NCBI GenBank assembly: GCA_963665115.1
Contig: OY762007.1
Location: forward strand, 8,384,001-8,448,000
Origin: an uncultured Rivularia sp.
GTDB lineage: Bacteria > Cyanobacteriota > Cyanobacteriia > Cyanobacteriales > Nostocaceae
DNA: 64,000 nt
Direction: 5' to 3'
Shown here: positions 31,116 through 41,955 of the stretch, one piece after another
Layout: every line of letters begins with the position of its first letter
Numbering within the stretch: the first letter of the stretch is position 1
The notes under the pieces: generated by a model
The model's input: the letters and a program-made list of their open reading frames with translations, nothing else
Databases searched by the model: none
Told to the model about the DNA's origin: nothing
Translations under genes and position numbers: made by a program

Positions 31116-33725
31116 ATGAAACTACAGCAATTACTGAAAATTATTATATTTACTAGTTTGATAGGAGTATTAGGAAATAATTTTGCTCAAGCTGAAGAAA
31201 CATCTCCCAAAAGCAGTTCCTCCATTGCACAGTCTTCACCTCAACTAATTAAAGTAACTGGTGTCAGATTAAATCAAACGGATAAGGGTGTAGAAATAAT
31301 TTTAGAAACAACTTCTGCTCGAAGTTTACAGGTTGTTAATCGTAGTAGTGGTAATGATTTTATTGCAGAAATTCCCAACGCTCAACTCAGCGTATCTGAA
31401 GGAAATGCATTTACAAAATTAAAGCCGATACAGGGAATTAGCGAGATAGAAGTAATTAATAAAGATGCTAATACGATTCAGGTAAAAGTAACGGGAGAAA
31501 CTGGTTCACCACAAGTTGATTTATTTGATAGTAGTACGGGTTTGATTTTTGGATTACAGCCAACAGCTTCTACCGCTCAAACTCCGGAAAAACCCCCAGC
31601 AACTCAACCACAACAGGATTCACAAACACCAGAAAAACCTACCACTTCTCAAACCGAGGAAGATAATAATCAGCCAATTGAATTGGTAGTAACTGCAACC
31701 CGAACGGAGCAAGATATTCAAAGGGTACCGCGTTCAATAACTGTAATTAATCGTTCGGAAGTCGAGAAACAAACCAGATTATCGCGTAATTTAATCGAAA
31801 TTCTTGGTAAATCAGTACCGGGTTTAGCTCCTCCGACTCAAAGCGGGAGTACTTTTGGATTATCTTTACGGGGACGCAATACTCAAGTCTTGATTGATGG
31901 TGTTCCTCAATCTACAAGTCGCAACGCTTTCCGAGATTTGAAAAGCATCGATCCCGCTGCAATTGAACGTGTGGAAGTTGTAAGAGGACCTAGTGCGATT
32001 TATGGTGATGGTGCAACTGGTGGTGTCATTAATATCATTACTAAAAGAGCGGATACAGATAGATTGACTTCAAAAACAGAGTTCGGTGTAACTGCTGCTT
32101 TGGGAGAATTAGAGGAAGATAGTTTCGGAACGAATTTTCAACATACTATTTCCGTCAACGAAGATAAAGTTGATTTTACTGGCAATATTTCATTCACTAA
32201 TACTGGCGTTTTTTATGATGCGGAAGGAGACAAAATTCCTACCGACCCCAACGCCCAAGGTGGTTTCGCTGATTCTCGCAGTTTTAATTTATTCGGAAAG
32301 TTAGGTGTAAATCTCGATGATTATCAACGATTGCAGCTGACATTTAACCGCTTCGATGAAAAACAGGATACAGATATCGCTAGCGATCCAACTGTGAACG
32401 ATCTACCGGGAAGACAAAAAGCTCGGGCTATTGAAGGATTGAGTTTAGATGAACTTCCAGGGAACGAAAATACGCTGTTAAATTTACAGTACAATCACGA
32501 CAATCTGTTAAATAGTAAAGTCCAGGCTCAAGCATACTATCGAAATTATATGACAAGATTTTTTCCTTTCGATGGTCGTGCATTCGCTAGTTTGGGTAAC
32601 GAAATAATTCAATCAGAAGTAGATTCGGAGAAATACGGCGCACGCTTTCAAATTGAAACGCCTTTATTTGCTGGGGAAAAAGCCAAATTACTTTGGGGTG
32701 CAGATTATTTCAAAGAAGAAACATCCCAGATTGTTTCTACATTCGACACAGATGTGTTTGATTCGAGTGGAGGATTGGTTTTTAATAAAGTAAACGAACG
32801 AACTTGGGTTCCACCTCTGGATTTAAGCAGTCTGGGTTTGTTTGCTCAGTTAAATTTGAATGTTGGCGAAAAGTTAGTTTTGAACGGAGGTGTACGTTAC
32901 GAAAACTCCGATGTCAGTGTCGATGATTTCAGTACTTTAGCCAATCCCGATGTAAATATAGAAGGTGGCGACCTCGATTTTGATGCAACTCTATTTAACA
33001 TCGGAGCAGTATACTCTCTTACTGATAACGTCAGTGTATTTGCTAATTTTTCTCAAGGATTTTCCCTATCAGATATTGGTTTAGCACTCCGCAACGCACC
33101 ACCAGGATTTACTGTAGAATCCTTAAGTCCAGAACCTCAAAAAGTAGATAATTATGAAATTGGTTTGCGTGGTAGATGGAATAAAGTTCAAACATCCCTA
33201 TCAGCTTTTTACAACGAATCAGAATTAGGTACAACCTTCACAGCACCAGGAACAGTAATCCGCGCACCGGAAAGAATATATGGTGTAGAAGCAGCCATCG
33301 ACGTAAAACCAAGTCCCAGCTTTGCTTTGGGTGGAACACTTACCTTGACTGGTGGTGAAATCGATATTAACGACGATGGGAACTATAGCGCTTTAGATGG
33401 GTTTCGGATTCCTCCATTAAAGCTGACGGCTTATGTAGAAAATGAAACTTTACCAGGATGGAGCAATCGTCTACAAGCATTATTTTCGGGAAATCGAGAC
33501 TTATTCGCAGATAATACCACTTTTGGTAGAAGACCTGTAGACAGCTATTTTGTATTGGACTACATCAGCAGCATAAAAATGGGTGCGGGGACATTACAAA
33601 TTGGCGTTGAAAATCTTTTAGATAACCAATATTTCCCCGTAGTTTCTCAATTACAAGCAAGCAATAGCTCTTACAGTGCTGGTAGAGGTAGAACTTTGAG
33701 CCTTAGATATTCAGTGGATTGGTAA
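31116..33725 (+). CDS. TonB-dependent siderophore receptor with N-terminal AMIN domain (IutA-like)
   Basis: Signal peptide, TonB box ELVVTATR, LRGR...LIDGVP, IERVEVVRGPSAIYG, ENLLDNQY, terminal W. Confidence 0.95.
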   Translation: MKLQQLLKIIIFTSLIGVLGNNFAQAEETSPKSSSSIAQSSPQLIKVTGVRLNQTDKGVEIILETTSARSLQVVNRSSGNDFIAEIPNAQLSVSEGNAFTKLKPIQGISEIEVINKDANTIQVKVTGETGSPQVDLFDSSTGLIFGLQPTASTAQTPEKPPATQPQQDSQTPEKPTTSQTEEDNNQPIELVVTATRTEQDIQRVPRSITVINRSEVEKQTRLSRNLIEILGKSVPGLAPPTQSGSTFGLSLRGRNTQVLIDGVPQSTSRNAFRDLKSIDPAAIERVEVVRGPSAIYGDGATGGVINIITKRADTDRLTSKTEFGVTAALGELEEDSFGTNFQHTISVNEDKVDFTGNISFTNTGVFYDAEGDKIPTDPNAQGGFADSRSFNLFGKLGVNLDDYQRLQLTFNRFDEKQDTDIASDPTVNDLPGRQKARAIEGLSLDELPGNENTLLNLQYNHDNLLNSKVQAQAYYRNYMTRFFPFDGRAFASLGNEIIQSEVDSEKYGARFQIETPLFAGEKAKLLWGADYFKEETSQIVSTFDTDVFDSSGGLVFNKVNERTWVPPLDLSSLGLFAQLNLNVGEKLVLNGGVRYENSDVSVDDFSTLANPDVNIEGGDLDFDATLFNIGAVYSLTDNVSVFANFSQGFSLSDIGLALRNAPPGFTVESLSPEPQKVDNYEIGLRGRWNKVQTSLSAFYNESELGTTFTAPGTVIRAPERIYGVEAAIDVKPSPSFALGGTLTLTGGEIDINDDGNYSALDGFRIPPLKLTAYVENETLPGWSNRLQALFSGNRDLFADNTTFGRRPVDSYFVLDYISSIKMGAGTLQIGVENLLDNQYFPVVSQLQASNSSYSAGRGRTLSLRYSVDW

Positions 33726-33735
33726 AAATATGTTC

Positions 33736-33922
33736 GTTCGTAGTTGCGCTTTAGCGCCAAAAAAGTAAATAAACAAGCATTTAATTGCTAAAAAATTGTT
33801 CGTTAGTAGTTGCGCTTTAGCGCCAAAAAAGTAAATAAACAAGCATTTAATTGCTAAAAATGGTTTATTAGTAGTTGCGCTTTAGCACTCAAGATTGTTG
33901 GCGCTAAAGCGCAACTACGAAC
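33736..33922. repeat. REP cluster: three direct GTAGTTGCGCTTTAGC units (65-66 bp period) plus one inverted unit
   Basis: Direct units at 33740, 33806 and 33871 with near-identical intervening sequence. Confidence 0.85.
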
Positions 33923-33946
33923 TTAAAATTAAAAGGATAAAACCCA

Positions 33947-34873
33947 ATGAAAAAACATAGCAGACGCTTCTTTATCACAACAGCAATAATGTCTGCTCTA
34001 ACAATCGCTTGCGAAAATAAATCAAATATTTCTCCCAAAACAAATCAATCCAATATTTCAAAAACACCATCCCGAATCGTCGCTTTAGAATGGGTTTACG
34101 TAGAAAATTTACTAGCATTAGGAATTCAACCTGTTGGAATTGCCGATATTAAAGGTTATAAAAATTTCGTTAATATCAAACCACAATTGTCAGACAAAGT
34201 AGTTGATGTAGGAAGCCGAGCCGAACCCAGTTTAGAAGCTATAGCGAAACTAAAACCAGATTTAATTTTAGGAGTAGAACAAAGACATCAAGAAACTTAT
34301 AATTTACTTACTTCCATTGCTCCAACATTTTTATTTAATCCCTACCCTTCCGCAAAAAATGCCAATCAATTAGATGAAATGCAGCAGACTTTTCTGAAAA
34401 TTGCTCAAACCGTGAACCGCGAAGATAAAGGAAAATCTGTATTAAATGAAATGCAGCAAACTTTCGATAAAGCTAAAAAACAACTTAGTGATATAAAAGT
34501 ATCTCAAAATAAATTTATTTTAGGACAATTAAGCGATAGCGGCCCGCAATTACGATTATTTAGCGATAATGCAATGGCTGTACAAATTTTAAATAAAATT
34601 GGTTTAGAAAACGCTTGGAAAGGAACATTCGATATTTTTGGATTTAATATAGTTTGGGTAGAAGCATTACCAAAAGTAGAAGATGCAAATTTTATTTATA
34701 TTACCGTAGATAATAACGTTTACTGGCAGAACTTACAAAATAATCCCGTGTGGAAAGGATTGAAATTCGTGCAGCAAAATCGAATTTATCCGATTGAAGC
34801 AGATACTTGGGTGTTTGGTGGCCCGCTTTCGGCACAGTTATTGGTAGAGGAAGTTGTAAGAGCTTTTAGGTGA
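33947..34873 (+). CDS. Iron-siderophore ABC substrate-binding lipoprotein (FhuD/FecB-like)
   Basis: Lipobox LTIAC, RIVALEW, EPSLEAIAKLKPDLI, FGGPLSA. Confidence 0.93.
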   Translation: MKKHSRRFFITTAIMSALTIACENKSNISPKTNQSNISKTPSRIVALEWVYVENLLALGIQPVGIADIKGYKNFVNIKPQLSDKVVDVGSRAEPSLEAIAKLKPDLILGVEQRHQETYNLLTSIAPTFLFNPYPSAKNANQLDEMQQTFLKIAQTVNREDKGKSVLNEMQQTFDKAKKQLSDIKVSQNKFILGQLSDSGPQLRLFSDNAMAVQILNKIGLENAWKGTFDIFGFNIVWVEALPKVEDANFIYITVDNNVYWQNLQNNPVWKGLKFVQQNRIYPIEADTWVFGGPLSAQLLVEEVVRAFR

Positions 34874-35010
34874 ATAATAAATTTTCGTGAATGATGAATA
34901 AAAAGAAAGTAGAGTTGATAGGTGGGGGTAGTTTAATTTTTATGGGAACCAAGATTTTAATAAAAGCTTTCGTGTAGTCATATATAGCAATCCTAAATTA
35001 TCGATCGGAA

Positions 35011-35274
35011 TTACTCCCTTCCCGGCTCTATGATTACCGATTATAAAAACTGCAGCGTTAGCGGCTAGCGAAGCGTACCTATTTGTATTGCGTGTCCGTT
35101 GCCGAAGGCTATGCCCGAAGGGCTATTAGGACATAAAGTGTGGTCTTGGGGGGTCTCCCCCATGTGAGCCGGAGGCTTTCTCGAAGAGAACAACTTTTCA
35201 AGACAGAGTACGCAAAGTACGCTGAGGAAAGATGTAAAAAGAGATAGGTAATCTTAGAGCGGTTGGGGGAGTAA
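35011..35274. mobile_element. MITE with ~28-bp terminal inverted repeats, adjacent to a TATAGC-type MITE end at 34983
   Basis: TTACTCCCTTCCCGGCTCTATGATTACC vs GGTAATCTTAGAGCGGTTGGGGGAGTAA. Confidence 0.7.
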
Positions 35275-35434
35275 GAAACCCAGTTTTTTGAAAAAACCGG
35301 GTTTCTGGGTATCTCAAATTTGAAAAACCTAGCCTTACAAAGGATGAAGCAGATTCTCCTTTACTGTGTGCAACCAGCTTTTTTGAGAAAAATTATTGAT
35401 AAATTGCAAAAAATATAATAGATTAATTGAATAT

Positions 35435-35453
35435 ATTGAGAAATAATAGCAAT
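35435..35453 (+). promoter_or_regulatory. Putative Fur box upstream of fecC
   Basis: ATTGAGAAATAATAGCAAT, imperfect match in AT-rich DNA. Confidence 0.4.
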
Positions 35454-35642
35454 AATTTAAAATGCTATTTGATTAGCAACGTATTTCTATGATTGAAAAA
35501 ATCATTGAAAGTGAGTGCAGATTTAATTTATGGTACGCAAAAGCTTGTCTAAATCCTAAATTAGTATTCGATAATTTATTTTTGAATGATTTTTTTCATT
35601 GCCGCTAATTGTAAATAATTATAAATAACGGAATTCTCCTGG

Positions 35643-36675
35643 GTGAATAAATTAATTTCCACAAAAGCTCATATGCAGATACTATCGCGAACTAAACCCG
35701 TCATTGGTTTAATAGTCGGATGTTTGGTACTTATCATCTGTCTTTTTCTCAGCGTGTCTTACGGTGCTGCTGATATTTCTTGGTCAAGTGTCTATGATTC
35801 GCTAATGTCTTTCGACGGTTCGAGAGAACATCTAATTATCCGTACTGTAAGATTACCGCGTTCCTTACTGGCAATGATAGTAGGTGCATCGATATCTACT
35901 GCTGGTGCAATTATGCAAGGTATAACTCGTAATCCATTAGCCGACCCCCGGAATACTGGGAATTAATGCTGGTGCGGCTTTTGCAGTGGTAATGGCAATT
36001 TTTTTATTTGGTGCTTCGTCACCGAGTTTTTATGTTTGGTGTGCTTTTGCGGGTGCGGGGATTACTGCCGTCAGCGTGTATTTTTTAGCCTCTTTAGGTC
36101 GTAGCGGAATTACTCCACTCAACTTAACTATTGCTGGTGCAGCGATTAGCGCTTTTCTTACTTCCCTGACTACTGGGATATTAATTGTTAGTCAAAGCAC
36201 TCTCGAAGAAATTCGGTTTTGGCTGGCTGGTTCTTTAGCTGGTGCGGATACAAGTCTGATTCTGCAAATTTTGCCTTATGTCTGCATCGGGATGGTATTA
36301 ACATTTATGATTTCCAAGCAAATCACAATTTTAAGTTTGGGAGAAGATATTGCCAAAGGTTTGGGACAACAAACCGTATGGGTGAAAATCCTTGCTGCTG
36401 TTTGCGTTCTGCTATTAGACGGAAGCGCGATCGCAGTTGCGGGTTCAATTGGATTTATAGGTTTGGTGGTTCCTCATATTGTCCGGTTTATCGTAGGTTT
36501 AGATTACCGTTGGATTTTACCCTACAGCGCTTTATTCGGAGCCATATTGCTTTTAGCATCCGATATCGCAGCTCGATTAATTATCAAACCCCAAGAAATC
36601 CCCGTAGGTATTATGACAGCTTTAGTCGGTGCGCCATTCTTCATTTATTTAGCTAAAACCAAGGTGAAGAAATGA
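35643..36675 (+). CDS. fecC: FecCD family iron-siderophore ABC permease; apparent +1 C at 35945-35949
   Basis: [15 protein letters not shown]/fs/[23 protein letters not shown]. Confidence 0.88.
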
Positions 36676-37718
36676 AGACAAATACAATAGTTTTCCGTTC
36701 AAAATTACTACCAATTTCCTTCCGTCTCAAAAAGCGGGTTCCCATCGTCTTATTAATTTTAATTCTGATTACCTTAACCGGAATGGTAATGAATACTTCC
36801 TTCGGGGAATATCCCATTCCACCACTTGCAGTTATTCAAACCGTCTTGGGAATAGATACAGGAAATGCAGATTATGGATTTGTTGTCAATACTTTACGCT
36901 TACCCAGAACCCTTACCGCTTGTTTTGTAGGAATGGCTTTAGCGATTTCCGGAACCATAATGCAGGGTATAACTCGTAATCCTTTAGCCGACCCAGGAAT
37001 TATTGGTATTAACGCGGGTGCAAGTTTAGCAGCAGTAAGTTTAATTGTATTATTACCAAATGTACCTGCGGGAATATTGCCTATAGCAGCTTTTTTCGGT
37101 GCTTTGATTGCTTCATTCTTAATCTATTTTTTAGCTTGGGATAGAGGTACGCATCCGGTACGTTTAATTTTGATTGGAGTAGGAATAGCTGCTGTAGCGA
37201 GTGCTTTTACTAACTTAATGGTCACATTTGGCGATATTTATAATGTTAGTCAAGCATTAGTATGGTTAGCAGGAAGCGTATACGGAAGAAGTTGGAAACA
37301 GCTTTTTTCATTACTACCTTGGCTAATTATTTTTATACCCTTAGCTTTAATAAATGCACCGCAATTAAATGCTTTGAATTTAGGAGAAGAAATAGCCAAA
37401 GGATTGGGTAGTAAAGTAGAATGGCAGCGGACTTTTTTATTATTAATTAGTGCGGCTTTATCGGGAGCAGCAGTAGCAACAGCAGGGACAATCGGTTTTG
37501 TAGGATTAATAGCACCTCATATAGCCCGTCAACTAGTAGGAAATATTCATGAAGGATTGATTCCTGTAGCAGCAATTACCGGAGCAATGATTGTAGTCAT
37601 AGCTGATTTTTTAGGAAGAATTTTATTCGCTCCCATAGAAATTCCTTGTGGAATTGTTACCGCTGTAATTGGTGCCCCATATTTTGTTTATTTGTTGATT
37701 AGGAGTAGGAAGAAATGA
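36672..37718 (+). CDS. fecD: FecCD family iron-siderophore ABC permease
   Basis: [29 protein letters not shown]; 4-bp overlap with upstream gene. Confidence 0.93.
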   Translation: MKTNTIVFRSKLLPISFRLKKRVPIVLLILILITLTGMVMNTSFGEYPIPPLAVIQTVLGIDTGNADYGFVVNTLRLPRTLTACFVGMALAISGTIMQGITRNPLADPGIIGINAGASLAAVSLIVLLPNVPAGILPIAAFFGALIASFLIYFLAWDRGTHPVRLILIGVGIAAVASAFTNLMVTFGDIYNVSQALVWLAGSVYGRSWKQLFSLLPWLIIFIPLALINAPQLNALNLGEEIAKGLGSKVEWQRTFLLLISAALSGAAVATAGTIGFVGLIAPHIARQLVGNIHEGLIPVAAITGAMIVVIADFLGRILFAPIEIPCGIVTAVIGAPYFVYLLIRSRKK

Positions 37719-37826
37719 GAGGGGGTGATAATAATTAGTAATTCGTAATTCGTAATTCGTAATTATTAATTCCTAACTCCTAAATCATAAATATTCACAA
37801 TGCCCAATTACCAACTTTATATATAA

Positions 37827-38636
37827 ATGAAATTAGCAACTAAAACCCACTACCAACTATCAACCAAAAGCTTAACATTAGGTTACGACAATACTAAAAT
37901 AATTAAAAATATTGATTTAAGTATACCTCAAGGTAAAATTACTGCTTTAGTTGGTGCAAACGGCTGTGGTAAGTCTACTTTATTGCGGGGTTTGGCAAGA
38001 TTATTAAAACCCTTTCACGGAACTATTTATTTAGATTCTACCGACGTATTTAAATTATCTACAAAAGCCGTTGCTAAAAAACTAGGAATTCTTTCTCAAT
38101 CACCAATTGCACCGGAAGGTTTAACGGTAAAAGATTTAGTCGCTTGCGGACGCTATCCTTATCAAAATTGGTTGCAGCAATGGACGAAGGAAGATGAACG
38201 TTTTGTTGAGGTAGCGTTAGAAACTACCAGAATGAAGGAATTTTCAGAACGCGAATTAGATACTTTATCCGGAGGACAAAGACAACGAGCTTGGATTGCA
38301 ATGGCTTTAGCTCAAGATACTGATATTTTATTATTAGATGAACCGACAACTTTTTTAGATTTAGCACATCAAATTGAAGTTTTGGATTTACTGTGGGAAT
38401 TGAATCAAAATCAAGGAAGAACTTTGGTAATGGTGTTACACGATTTAAACCAAGCTTGTCGCTATGCTGATTATTTAGTAGCTGTTAACAAAGGGAATAT
38501 TTATACGCAAGGTAAACCGGAAGATGTGATGAATGAAAAAATGGTTTTAGATGTGTTTGGCTTGGAATGTAAGATTTTTCCAGACCCAGTTTCTGGAACT
38601 CCGATGTGCGTACCAATTGGAAGAAAGGGTAGGTAA
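37827..38636 (+). CDS. fecE: Iron-siderophore ABC ATPase (FecE/FhuC)
   Basis: GANGCGKST, LSGGQRQR, LLLDEPT, VLHDLN. Confidence 0.95.
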   Translation: MKLATKTHYQLSTKSLTLGYDNTKIIKNIDLSIPQGKITALVGANGCGKSTLLRGLARLLKPFHGTIYLDSTDVFKLSTKAVAKKLGILSQSPIAPEGLTVKDLVACGRYPYQNWLQQWTKEDERFVEVALETTRMKEFSERELDTLSGGQRQRAWIAMALAQDTDILLLDEPTTFLDLAHQIEVLDLLWELNQNQGRTLVMVLHDLNQACRYADYLVAVNKGNIYTQGKPEDVMNEKMVLDVFGLECKIFPDPVSGTPMCVPIGRKGR

Positions 38637-38837
38637 TAAATAAAAGTAAAATTAGCGCAGCGTCTCCCTCCGGGAGATAGTAATCGCAAGGTTTTCGTCC
38701 TTCTTTACATTCTGTTGCATAGTGATATTTAATTGTACCTACCTACTTACCTCGCTTTATTAAGGGTAAAAAAAAAGCAGGCTAGAAATAATCTAAACCC
38801 GCTTATTGAAACTTTAAAATCAACTTTTTCCCAATTC

Positions 38838-39014
38838 TTAATAGTGTCTGTTGTCGGCAGAATCGCCTTCGTATGGCTGTACTCCTGATTTAGGATAATC
38901 ATCATCGCTGGGGCTAAAAATCCGACTTACTCCATTAGTTGTAGCTTTAATTAATTTTTGAGGAATTTCTACAATTGATTTAATCATTCGGCGAGCAATA
39001 GAAGCAGTAGACAT
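38838..39014 (-). CDS. 58-aa small protein missed by the ORF track
   Basis: AAGGAG RBS; MSTASIARRMIKSIVEIPQKLIKATTNGVSRIFSPSDDDYPKSGVQPYEGDSADNRHY. Confidence 0.75.
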   Translation of the reverse strand: MSTASIARRMIKSIVEIPQKLIKATTNGVSRIFSPSDDDYPKSGVQPYEGDSADNRHY

Positions 39015-39313
39015 ATTAAAATCTCCTTTGTAATTAATCGAAAAATCTTTAACAAACTTTTGTCTGGTTAGCGGTTATGCTAATATTAATCCTTCACCGC
39101 CGAGGGGATTTTCATCATTTAACAATTTACCTTCGATAGAAAAATCAACTTAATGACAGTATGTAGATGACAAAGATGTTTTGCTGAACGGGATGGGTAT
39201 TTTGGGTTTTCAGAATTTTTTCTCCTGTATTAATAATGAGTAAATTATTCAATTTCAGATTTACCCTGATACCTTATCCTTGAAAAAACACCTCGCATAT
39301 TCTTATATTTTGA

Positions 39314-39907
39314 TTATGTTGTTGTAGATGAGGAAGGTGTATTAATTTCCTCTTCAGCGCGAGAATGCATTGTTTCTTCGATATGTTCTTCATGTTGACG
39401 CTGCTGAACCATTGCTTCACGTGCTTTTTCTTGCATAGTCAAATCAAGCTTGACTACATCATGTTTTTCAAGATCGGATTTTGGTAAGCTCAACGTCAAA
39501 AGTCCGTTGTGAATTTCGGCTTTCACTTTGTTGTATTCAACGCACATAGGTAAAGGTATTATGCGTTGAAAGTGTCCGTAACTAAATTCGGAACGATAAA
39601 TACCTTTTTCGTAATGAACTTTCTGTTCTTCATGTTCCCCACTTATTGAAACCGCATCTTGAGTTACATGAATATCTAAATCTTTGGGTTCTATACCCGG
39701 TACTTGAGCTTGAAGAATAAGATTTGCATCCGTCTCTTTAATTTCAATAGCTGGTTCCCAAGTTGCATTTTCGACTTTAGGAATAGCACCAGAAGAATGC
39801 TCGCTAGTTTTATGACTGCTTTTATGCATCACCTCATCAAATAAATTATTCATTTGATGGCGTAGAGTATCGATATCTTTAAGCGGATGCCAGTTTCTTT
39901 CAGACAT
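39314..39907 (-). CDS. Hsp20/alpha-crystallin small heat shock protein with a C-terminal extension
   Basis: W.PAIEIKET, VPGI...LDI, SEFSYGHFQRIIPLP, NGLLTLSLPK; GGAGG RBS. Confidence 0.93.
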   Translation of the reverse strand: MSERNWHPLKDIDTLRHQMNNLFDEVMHKSSHKTSEHSSGAIPKVENATWEPAIEIKETDANLILQAQVPGIEPKDLDIHVTQDAVSISGEHEEQKVHYEKGIYRSEFSYGHFQRIIPLPMCVEYNKVKAEIHNGLLTLSLPKSDLEKHDVVKLDLTMQEKAREAMVQQRQHEEHIEETMHSRAEEEINTPSSSTTT

Positions 39908-40032
39908 ATATTTCCTCCCTGCAATCCCGATGAAAAATTTGGTCGGCGAGCCTTTTCTCTTGGCTCTACTTTTAAAGTAGGAAAAAAATTTGAGGAACTT
40001 GTGAGGAAAGTTGAGGAATTAGGAGTTTTAAA

Positions 40033-40194
40033 TTACCAATGTCCAATGCCCCATGCCCAGCCGAGAACTTGAGAAATTTCTTGCGCTAATGTTAAGGGAC
40101 TGAAGGGTTTAGCGATCGCCGCTTTAATTCCTAAATCATCATAGCGAATACGGTCAGTACTTTGTACTTTTGCTGTTAGTAAAATTACTGATAT
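40033..40194 (-). pseudogene. C-terminal fragment of a single-domain response regulator
   Basis: VILLTAKVQ...LG....IAKPFSPLTL; phosphoacceptor half missing. Confidence 0.7.
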
Positions 40195-40197
40195 CTG

Positions 40198-40926
40198 GTA
40201 GCCAAAGTAATTCTGGATGTAAATAATCTCAATCTCTTTGAAGAAGGAGACGTACTGATAACAAACCGTACTGATCCCGATTGGGAACCAATCATGAAAA
40301 AAGCTGCTGCCATCGTCACAAATTCTGGCGGTCGTACTTGTCACAGCGCTATCATTGCTAGAGAGTTGGGGATTCCGGCTGTAGTTGGTTGCGGTAATGC
40401 TACTACAACTTTAATCGGTGGGGAAGATATTACCGTTTCCTGTGCTGAAGGTGAAACTGGGAAAGTTTACTGAGGTTTAATACCTTATGAAATAGAAGAA
40501 ATACATCTGGAAAAACTGCCCCACGTCCCCACCAAAATGATGATGAACGTGGGCAATCCCGAAGAAGCTTTTAGTTTGAGCGCTATACCTAACGATGGTG
40601 TAGGACTCGCGAGGATGGAATTTATCATCGCCAATCATATCAAAGCCCATCCATTAGCATTGATTCACTTTGATAAGTTAGAAGACAAATTTGCTAAATC
40701 CAGAATTTTTGAACTAACTCGCAATTACGAAGATAAAACCCAATTCTTTGTAGATAAATTAGCCAGAGGAATCGGAACTATAGCCGCAGCATTTTATCCC
40801 AAACCTGTCATTGTCTGCTTGAGCGATTTCAAAAGTAACGAATATTCCAATCTTTTGGGTGGTAAACAATTTGAACCGCACGAAGAAAACCCGATGTTGG
40901 GATGGCGGGGTGCTTCTCGTTACTAA
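40198..40926 (+). pseudogene. ppsA: Phosphoenolpyruvate synthase internal fragment with in-frame TGA at 40471
   Basis: [50 protein letters not shown]. Confidence 0.9.
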
Positions 40927-41094
40927 GGAGAGGGAGCGATACGGCAGGGTGAGGTTTTATATTTAATTTGACCCATTTACTTAATAGGTAATTGATAATA
41001 GGTAATAGGGTATTGGTTGAAAATTTCCTAAATGTTACTAATCCCTAATCTCCAATTTTTAACTGTTCACTGATAACTGTTGGCTGAAAATACT

Positions 41095-41625
41095 ATGTTT
41101 ACAAAAATTTTGGTTTCGATTGATGATTCTGATGCGACTCAACACGTTTTTGGTGAAGCTGTATCTTTAGCAAAAGCAACGGGTGGAAGTTTAATGTTGC
41201 TACACGTAATAAATCCATTGGATGAGCCATCTCTTGACCCATTGTTTATGCAAACAACTGTTCTTTATACAGAATTACATAAAGAAACTCAAAAGAAGAA
41301 TTTGAGCGATTGGGAAAAATTCAAGCAAGATAAAGAAAATTGGTTGCGTTCTTTATGTGAATCGGCTACTTCTTCTGGTGTAAAAGCTGAATTCACTCTT
41401 AATCTAGGCGATGCAAGTAATAGAATTTGCGATATGGCTCGTGCTTGGGATGCCTCGGTAATTGTAATTGGTCGTCGAGGTCATCGTGGTTTGAGTGAAT
41501 TGTTTTTGGGTAGCGTGAGTAATTATGTTATGCATCATGCACCTTGTTCAGTATTAACTGTGCAAGGACCATTAAATTCAACTTCGGAAGCATCTCAAAC
41601 TAAAGATGCAGAAGCTTCTAATTAA
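41095..41625 (+). CDS. Universal stress protein (UspA family)
   Basis: KILVSIDDS, IVIGRRGHRG..ELFLGSVSNYVMHHAPCSVL. Confidence 0.94.
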   Translation: MFTKILVSIDDSDATQHVFGEAVSLAKATGGSLMLLHVINPLDEPSLDPLFMQTTVLYTELHKETQKKNLSDWEKFKQDKENWLRSLCESATSSGVKAEFTLNLGDASNRICDMARAWDASVIVIGRRGHRGLSELFLGSVSNYVMHHAPCSVLTVQGPLNSTSEASQTKDAEASN

Positions 41626-41714
41626 AAACTATTAGTTCAATATTTAGAATTGGACTTTGGACAAAAAATACTGATTTACATAAACTGCAAACAAAAAAAC
41701 ACCTAAACTTTCTC

Positions 41715-41846
41715 ATAAGTACTCGTGCAAAATTAATTTAACATTCTGAAAACTTCAAGTCCCTGCGTTAGCGGAGCGTGTCCGATAGGACATATGCTTC
41801 GTTCCTCGCAATGACAATACACAATTAATTTTGCGTAGGTACTTAT
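41715..41846. mobile_element. MITE with ATAAGTA...CAAAATTAATT terminal inverted repeats
   Basis: 24-bp imperfect TIRs; related element at 55348-55480. Confidence 0.75.
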
Positions 41847-41955
41847 AAGCCTTGCAGCAAATCTTAAGAAAGATGTGACTAATGCATAGCCTCGCAAGGT
41901 AGGGGGGTTAGGTGTTTGCGTAAATTTGAAACCATATAATGTTTTTCGGAGATGT

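Noticed and set aside
33736..33922. CRISPR-like regular repeats (65-66 bp period)
   Set aside because: Intervening sequences are near-identical, the last unit is inverted and there are no cas genes; this is a tandem REP duplication
40471..40473. Recoded TGA (selenocysteine or readthrough) in ppsA
   Set aside because: The gene is truncated at both ends; simple decay explains it
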